From assembly GCA_964513845.1 (NCBI GenBank), contig CAZENT010000003.1:70809-134808 (forward strand): a DNA stretch of 64,000 nt. Reading direction: 5' to 3'. The notes below the pieces were generated by a model. The model was not told the DNA's origin. It made no database searches and saw nothing but the letters and a program-made list of their open reading frames with translations. This DNA comes from an uncultured Pseudomonadales bacterium. GTDB lineage: Bacteria > Patescibacteriota > Microgenomatia > UBA1400 > MFAQ01. The position numbers were made by a program, and so were the translations under genes. Positions 59,636 to 64,000 of the stretch are shown here, piece by piece. How positions within the stretch are numbered: the first letter of the stretch is position 1; each line of letters starts with the position of its first letter.

Positions 59636-61201
59636 ATGAAAGGATGGGTGATTTTTTTTGTTGCTTTGGCGATTTATGGAGTGAGTGTTTTTGGAGAGTT
59701 TGTGCAGGACGATTTTGTCGTGATTAAAACTGCTCCAGATATGGGAAGTGTGAGTGCTTTGGGTGCAGTATTTACACGACCATATTATTTTATGAATGAG
59801 GGTGGGGGATCTGGAGCGTATCGACCGATAACGAGCCTTAGTTTTTACTTGAATACTTTGTTGACCGGCAAAGAACCTTGGGGATTTAGACTGGTAAATA
59901 TATTGCTTTATGCTGGAGTGTGTGTTTTGGTGTTTGAGCTGTTGAAAAAATACACCACAACAAAGATGGCTTTTTGGGGAACAATCGTATTTACAGTATT
60001 GCCAATACATACAGAAGCGGTAAATAATATTGTGGGGAGGGCGGAAATACTATCACTGGGATTGTTTTTGTTGGCTGTTTTGGCACAGATGAGAAGCAGG
60101 TGGGAGCTGTCGGCTATACTATTTTTGTTGGCGTTACTGACAAAAGAAATCGCAATTGTGGGCTTGCCGATTTTAATTTGTATTTTGATTTGGGGAAGGG
60201 AAAATAAAGATACAAAAAGGGGAGTTGTTTTCTTTTATATTTTGGTCACAGGATGTTATCTGATTTTACGAACGATGGTGTTGGGCAATGAATCAATGGG
60301 GAATGAAGCAACGATAGTGGAAAACCCATTAAAGTTTTTACCAACAAACCAGCGAGTAATGAATGCCTTTTCGCTGGTTCCGTTTGGAGTTGGGAAAATG
60401 ATATTTCCATGGCATCTTAGTTACGATTATTCCTTTAGTCAAATAAAGTTGGCGACCAGCTGGTTTGATATTCGAGTATTGTTGGGGATTTCTATGTCAC
60501 TTTTGTCTATTGGAAGTTTGTTGACAAAACTGAGAAAAAATAAGCTGTGGATCATGGGGCAAGCATTGTTTTGGGGGTCGCTGATGGTAACGGGAAATTT
60601 TTTGTTTGCTGTGGGGACTATTTTTGGGGAAAGGCTTTGGTTTTGGACGAGTTTAGGAATGGTTTTGATGATTACCTCACTGTTTCCCTTTCGTTCTAAT
60701 TCTTTGTTGGCCACCGATAATTTGTCGCTTCCTGCGAGCGACAATCATCTCGATTCTCGACTTGAATTTCCACTTCGTGGAACCAAGCAATTCAAGTCTG
60801 CGAAGCGTGGCACAAAGAACAAGAACTTCAAGGAACAATTCTTGGTAATCATTATCATGATGCTGGCTGGGAGAAGCTTTGTGCGGAATTTGGATTGGTT
60901 GTCGCAGGAAAGATTGTTTATTCATGATGCAAATTATGTAACGGGAAGTGTGATGGCGCAGACAAATAAAGCAGCGATGCTACTGATTAATAATGATTTT
61001 GAAGGAGGGAATCTGGCACTTGAGAAAGCAGAAAAGATCTATCCGAATTATCCGATGCTGATAAATAATCGAGGAGCGTATTACTTACATTTAGAGGAAT
61101 ACGACAAGGCTAGAGAAAAATTTGAAGAGTGTTTGAGGGTAAACCCAAGATTTTCTTTCTGTGAAAGTAATCTTATGTTGGTGAAGATTAACAAAGATTG
61201 A
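59636..61201 (+). CDS. TMTC-like (DUF1736 + TPR) membrane glycosyltransferase
   Basis: FVQDD, YRPIT..SF, PIHTEAV..IVGRAE, KE, LSYDYS, GER, C-terminal TPR. Confidence 0.85.
   Translation: MKGWVIFFVALAIYGVSVFGEFVQDDFVVIKTAPDMGSVSALGAVFTRPYYFMNEGGGSGAYRPITSLSFYLNTLLTGKEPWGFRLVNILLYAGVCVLVFELLKKYTTTKMAFWGTIVFTVLPIHTEAVNNIVGRAEILSLGLFLLAVLAQMRSRWELSAILFLLALLTKEIAIVGLPILICILIWGRENKDTKRGVVFFYILVTGCYLILRTMVLGNESMGNEATIVENPLKFLPTNQRVMNAFSLVPFGVGKMIFPWHLSYDYSFSQIKLATSWFDIRVLLGISMSLLSIGSLLTKLRKNKLWIMGQALFWGSLMVTGNFLFAVGTIFGERLWFWTSLGMVLMITSLFPFRSNSLLATDNLSLPASDNHLDSRLEFPLRGTKQFKSAKRGTKNKNFKEQFLVIIIMMLAGRSFVRNLDWLSQERLFIHDANYVTGSVMAQTNKAAMLLINNDFEGGNLALEKAEKIYPNYPMLINNRGAYYLHLEEYDKAREKFEECLRVNPRFSFCESNLMLVKINKD
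60681..60838 (+). repeat. Structured repeat R2 (subtype R3) in frame within the TMTC-like gene
   Basis: 123 bp identical to intergenic 58006-58128; encodes SLLATDNLSLPASDNHLDSRLEFPLRGTKQFKSAKRGTKN between two TM helices. Confidence 0.9.
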
Positions 61202-61233
61202 CAAAGTTTATTAATGTGTGTTATGATTTTCGT

Positions 61234-61521
61234 ATGAGTACAGTGAGTTTGTCTTTAACCGACCATCAGGTATCCGAAATTGATAGATTATCTGGTGTTT
61301 TTGGCTTTGAAAACAGAAGCGAGTTTGTGCGGGCCTTGTTAAGAGCGACTTTGACTGATGAGGCATTAATTAGAAAAAGTGTGGCGTTCCCCTTTGAAAT
61401 CCCTTCTGAGAAATCTGCAAAAAAGATTGTAAGTGCATTTAAAAAGACTGATAAATATTCTCCAGAATTTTTGGCCGATCTTAAAGAGGGACTGGAGAAC
61501 AGTGAGTATTTTTCAAAGTAG
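61234..61521 (+). CDS. Ribbon-helix-helix antitoxin
   Basis: MSTVSLSL...GFENRSEFVRALLR; TTGACA-18 nt-TATGAT promoter 6 nt before ATG 61234. Confidence 0.8.
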   Translation: MSTVSLSLTDHQVSEIDRLSGVFGFENRSEFVRALLRATLTDEALIRKSVAFPFEIPSEKSAKKIVSAFKKTDKYSPEFLADLKEGLENSEYFSK

Positions 61522-61773
61522 GTGGTGGTTTTTCCACCAAACGAAGCTGTTTTAAAAAAGTTAAAAAAATATGGTTTGGTTGGAAAATATATCAAACAGG
61601 TGAGGTTGTTGGAAGGTAATGTTTATCATCCCAGTTTGAATGTTGAGCTTTTGGAACCAAAGAAAATGGGTATTTATAGCTTCAGAATTGATAGAAAATA
61701 TAGAGCAATATTTATTTTTCGTGAGAAAAATGAAGTAATTGAGGTGATAAATGTGACTGTTCATTATAACTAA
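61522..61773 (+). CDS. RelE/ParE-superfamily toxin
   Basis: HPSLNVELL...YSFRIDRKYRAIF...HY. Confidence 0.8.
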   Translation: MVVFPPNEAVLKKLKKYGLVGKYIKQVRLLEGNVYHPSLNVELLEPKKMGIYSFRIDRKYRAIFIFREKNEVIEVINVTVHYN

Positions 61774-61782
61774 GGTAAAATA

Positions 61783-63063
61783 ATGCTCGTGAATCGCAAA
61801 AAAGTAGCTGTGGGAATATCAGGTGGGGTGGATTCCGCCGTTGCGGCATTGCTCTTGAAAGAACAGGGTTATGATGTGACAGCGGTTCACTTGTATTGCT
61901 GGCCACCAAAAAGTGAGATAGAAAAAGATGGAATTTCTCGTGAGGAGTGGATAAAAAAGAACGGCTGTCGAGCTGATGAGGATAGGACTTATGCTCTGAA
62001 AACAGCCCTGGAGCTAGGAATACCCTTTAAGGTTTTGGATTTTTCGGAGGAGTATAACCAAAAAGTAATTAAGTATTTTTATGACGAGTATGAGGCTGGA
62101 CGAACGCCGAACCCTGATGTGATATGTAACTCGGAAATAAAATTTGGGATGTTTTTGGATTGGGCTTTGGAAAATGGATTTGACTATATTGCGACGGGGC
62201 ATTATGCACGACTAATCTGTGATAATTCAAGTCTGTCGACCACATCTCTTTTAGAAAACGGCAACGTCGTTTTGCCAGCGCAAAACGCGACCTGTTGCGC
62301 GTCAAAAAATCCTGTGAATACACAGGAACCAAGCTTTTTTGCCTTGCGCAATCTTTCTAAAACAGAAGATGGTCTCCGACCTTCTTATCACTTGATTATT
62401 CCTGCGGACAAGCATAAGGACCAGACGTATTTTTTATGGAAATTGACGCAGAAGGAGTTGGAACACACACTTTTCCCTTTGGGTGAGTTGGTTAAAAATG
62501 AAGTGAGAGAAAAAGCTGAAAAAGCTAATCTTTCGGTGGCTAAGCGTAAGGATTCGCAGGGAATTTGTTTTGTGGGAAATGTGGAGGCGAGAGAGTTTCT
62601 GGCCAGAAGACTTAAGGAAAATCCAGGTAAAGTTCTCGATATTCATGGGAAGGAAATTGGAAAACACGATGGGGTTTGGTTTTATACCATAGGACAACGC
62701 GGAGGCTGGGAAATAACGCCTGATGCGCAGAGAAAATTTGCCGGAAACGGTGTAACACCGGTGTTTTATGTGGTGTCTAAGGATGCGAAGATAAATATTT
62801 TGACCGTGGCTGAAGAAAATGAAGCTGGAGGAGATCAATTTGAAGTAGGCGAGATAAACAAAATATCAAAAACAAAATGGAAATTGGACCATCTGATTGT
62901 GCGTATTAGGCACGGGGGAGAGCTGATTGGAGCTAGGGGTATGGCAACTAAAGAAGGAATGCTGGTAATACTGGATAAAGAAATGAGAGGCATTGCGAGT
63001 GGGCAGAGTGCGGTGTTTTACGGTGAGGATGGAGAGTGTTTGGGTGGAGGAGTGATTGCGTAG
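61783..63063 (+). CDS. mnmA: tRNA-specific 2-thiouridylase MnmA
   Basis: SGGVDS, TPNPDVICN, ATGHYAR, KDQTYFL, DSQGICF, YTIGQR, GQSAVFY; start may be GTG 61789. Confidence 0.95.
   Translation: MLVNRKKVAVGISGGVDSAVAALLLKEQGYDVTAVHLYCWPPKSEIEKDGISREEWIKKNGCRADEDRTYALKTALELGIPFKVLDFSEEYNQKVIKYFYDEYEAGRTPNPDVICNSEIKFGMFLDWALENGFDYIATGHYARLICDNSSLSTTSLLENGNVVLPAQNATCCASKNPVNTQEPSFFALRNLSKTEDGLRPSYHLIIPADKHKDQTYFLWKLTQKELEHTLFPLGELVKNEVREKAEKANLSVAKRKDSQGICFVGNVEAREFLARRLKENPGKVLDIHGKEIGKHDGVWFYTIGQRGGWEITPDAQRKFAGNGVTPVFYVVSKDAKINILTVAEENEAGGDQFEVGEINKISKTKWKLDHLIVRIRHGGELIGARGMATKEGMLVILDKEMRGIASGQSAVFYGEDGECLGGGVIA
62213..62398 (+). repeat. Structured repeat R2 in frame within mnmA
   Basis: About 186 bp nested IR with CGTTTTGC-CAGC-GCAAAACG, TCCTGTG-AATA-CACAGGA, ACCAAGC bulge, TGCGCAAT. 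Confidence 0.85.
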
Positions 63064-63201
63064 TTGAAAAAATGCTATGGGTTGTGTATAATAGGCGGGT
63101 AATTTAAAAACATCAATTTTTCTTTTTTCTTTCTTCAAAAAAATGAGGTGCTAAATGACTTGAGTTAGTATCCTTTAGTCATGTAGTCATGGAGGCACAA
63201 A

Positions 63202-63408
63202 ATGGAAGATTTCTACAAGCTCTGGGCGACAGAGCAGTTCGTCCGCGGTGGCGGAACTCGCCGCCAGGATCATGGTGAGTGGGCGAATACTCGTCATGGT
63301 AAACAGCGCTGGCACGACGAAAGTCGTTTCTACAATAGCCATGGTGACATTGAAGGGTTCGCTAACCGCAAGGTTTTTCGCCGCGGTGGCGTGCTCGAAA
63401 TCGATTAA
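63202..63408 (+). CDS. Small protein 1 (68 aa)
   Basis: GGAGG SD; N-terminal YKLWATEQFVRG shared with next ORF. Confidence 0.6.
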   Translation: MEDFYKLWATEQFVRGGGTRRQDHGEWANTRHGKQRWHDESRFYNSHGDIEGFANRKVFRRGGVLEID

Positions 63409-63428
63409 ATTTTTGAAAGGAATTAAAA

Positions 63429-63623
63429 GTGGACGAAGGTGATAAGTATAAAGAGTGGGCGGCTGAACAGTATGCTCGCGGTAACCATAAGGGTCGTCGT
63501 TCTCACGGCCATAAGGGTAATTGTTCTTGTCGTCGTCCCAACTGCCATCTTTGTCGCCGCTCGGATAGCGAGCAAGATAAGGTGGCAGAGCGACAGGCAG
63601 CTCGTCAAGATGCTGTCGTTTAA
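63429..63623 (+). CDS. Small protein 2 (64 aa, His/Cys-rich)
   Basis: AAGGA SD; YKEWAAEQYARG then CSC...CHLC; followed by a terminator. Confidence 0.6.
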   Translation: MDEGDKYKEWAAEQYARGNHKGRRSHGHKGNCSCRRPNCHLCRRSDSEQDKVAERQAARQDAVV

Positions 63624-63629
63624 TAAATT

Positions 63630-63654
63630 GGCTCCGGGAAACCGGAGCCTTTTT
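63630..63654 (+). terminator. Intrinsic terminator
   Basis: GGCTCCGG-GAAA-CCGGAGCC-TTTTT. Confidence 0.85.
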
Positions 63655-63699
63655 CATGGAATGAGGAGTATTGATAGCTAATGTTTGCTATATTGAGAT

Positions 63700-64000
63700 G
63701 TGAAAGATAAACAGTTTAAATATTTAATTGTGGGTGCAGGACCGGCGGGAATGTTTGCCTGTTTTGAGCTTTTGAGAAAAAAAGTAGATGGGTCGAAAAT
63801 TGCCCTATTTGATATGGGATCTAGGTTGGAAGACCGGAAGAAAAGTGAAGTGATGACTGGGTTTGGTGGAGCGGGAACGTATTCAGATGGAAAACTACAT
63901 TACACACCGAAATTATCACACGAAAGAACGTTTCATTTGATTGATCCTGATGACTATCAAAAAATTCTTGATCAGGTGGAAAAGATTTTTAAAGACTTTG
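63700..64000 (+). CDS. FAD-dependent oxidoreductase (truncated by window end)
   Basis: GTG start; YLIVGAGPAGMFA Rossmann motif and GFGGAGTYSDGKL. Confidence 0.85.
   Translation, partial: MKDKQFKYLIVGAGPAGMFACFELLRKKVDGSKIALFDMGSRLEDRKKSEVMTGFGGAGTYSDGKLHYTPKLSHERTFHLIDPDDYQKILDQVEKIFKDF

Noticed and set aside
63187-63657. 156 aa minus-strand ORF
   Set aside because: The plus-strand pair has SD sites, a shared motif and a correctly oriented terminator; not fully excluded.
1-64000. CRISPR array, rRNA, transposase, alternative genetic code
   Set aside because: No regularly spaced short repeats, rRNA-like stretch or transposase motifs seen; TGA acts as stop in several conserved genes (nrdJ, ftsH, leuS).

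Overview
Housekeeping-rich, G-skewed, mostly + strand region of a small-genome bacterium. The gene content (class II RNR, archaeal/eukaryote-type ATP-dependent DNA ligase, alpha2 GlyRS, short archaeal-type AspRS, VirD4/HerA-like ATPase, Cys-rich pilin, S74 fibre protein, TMTC-like protein) suggests Patescibacteria/CPR, probably Microgenomates; this is an inference. The window holds nrdR-nrdJ-btuR, a DNA-repair block, trxA/trxB, ten aminoacyl-tRNA synthetase genes, murB/murA, a surface-protein block, a 7TM plus three ATP-grasp cluster, two RHH/RelE toxin-antitoxin pairs and mnmA. The strongest unexplained signal is non-coding: several families of 110-230 bp highly structured, co-oriented repeats, some with compensatory base changes. 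Members of one family lie in frame inside mnmA and a TMTC-like gene, and no transposase was seen. Other notable items: a T-box riboswitch with an ultrashort Stem I and a Thr specifier upstream of thrS; an aberrant initiator-like tRNA(CAU); a tRNA-Ile(UAU); pervasive -10 boxes about 6 nt before start codons (leaderless mRNAs); a circularly permuted DsbA; a RelE gene broken at an A8 run; and two tandem small peptides sharing an N-terminal motif. All calls were made by eye, without database searches or folding software.
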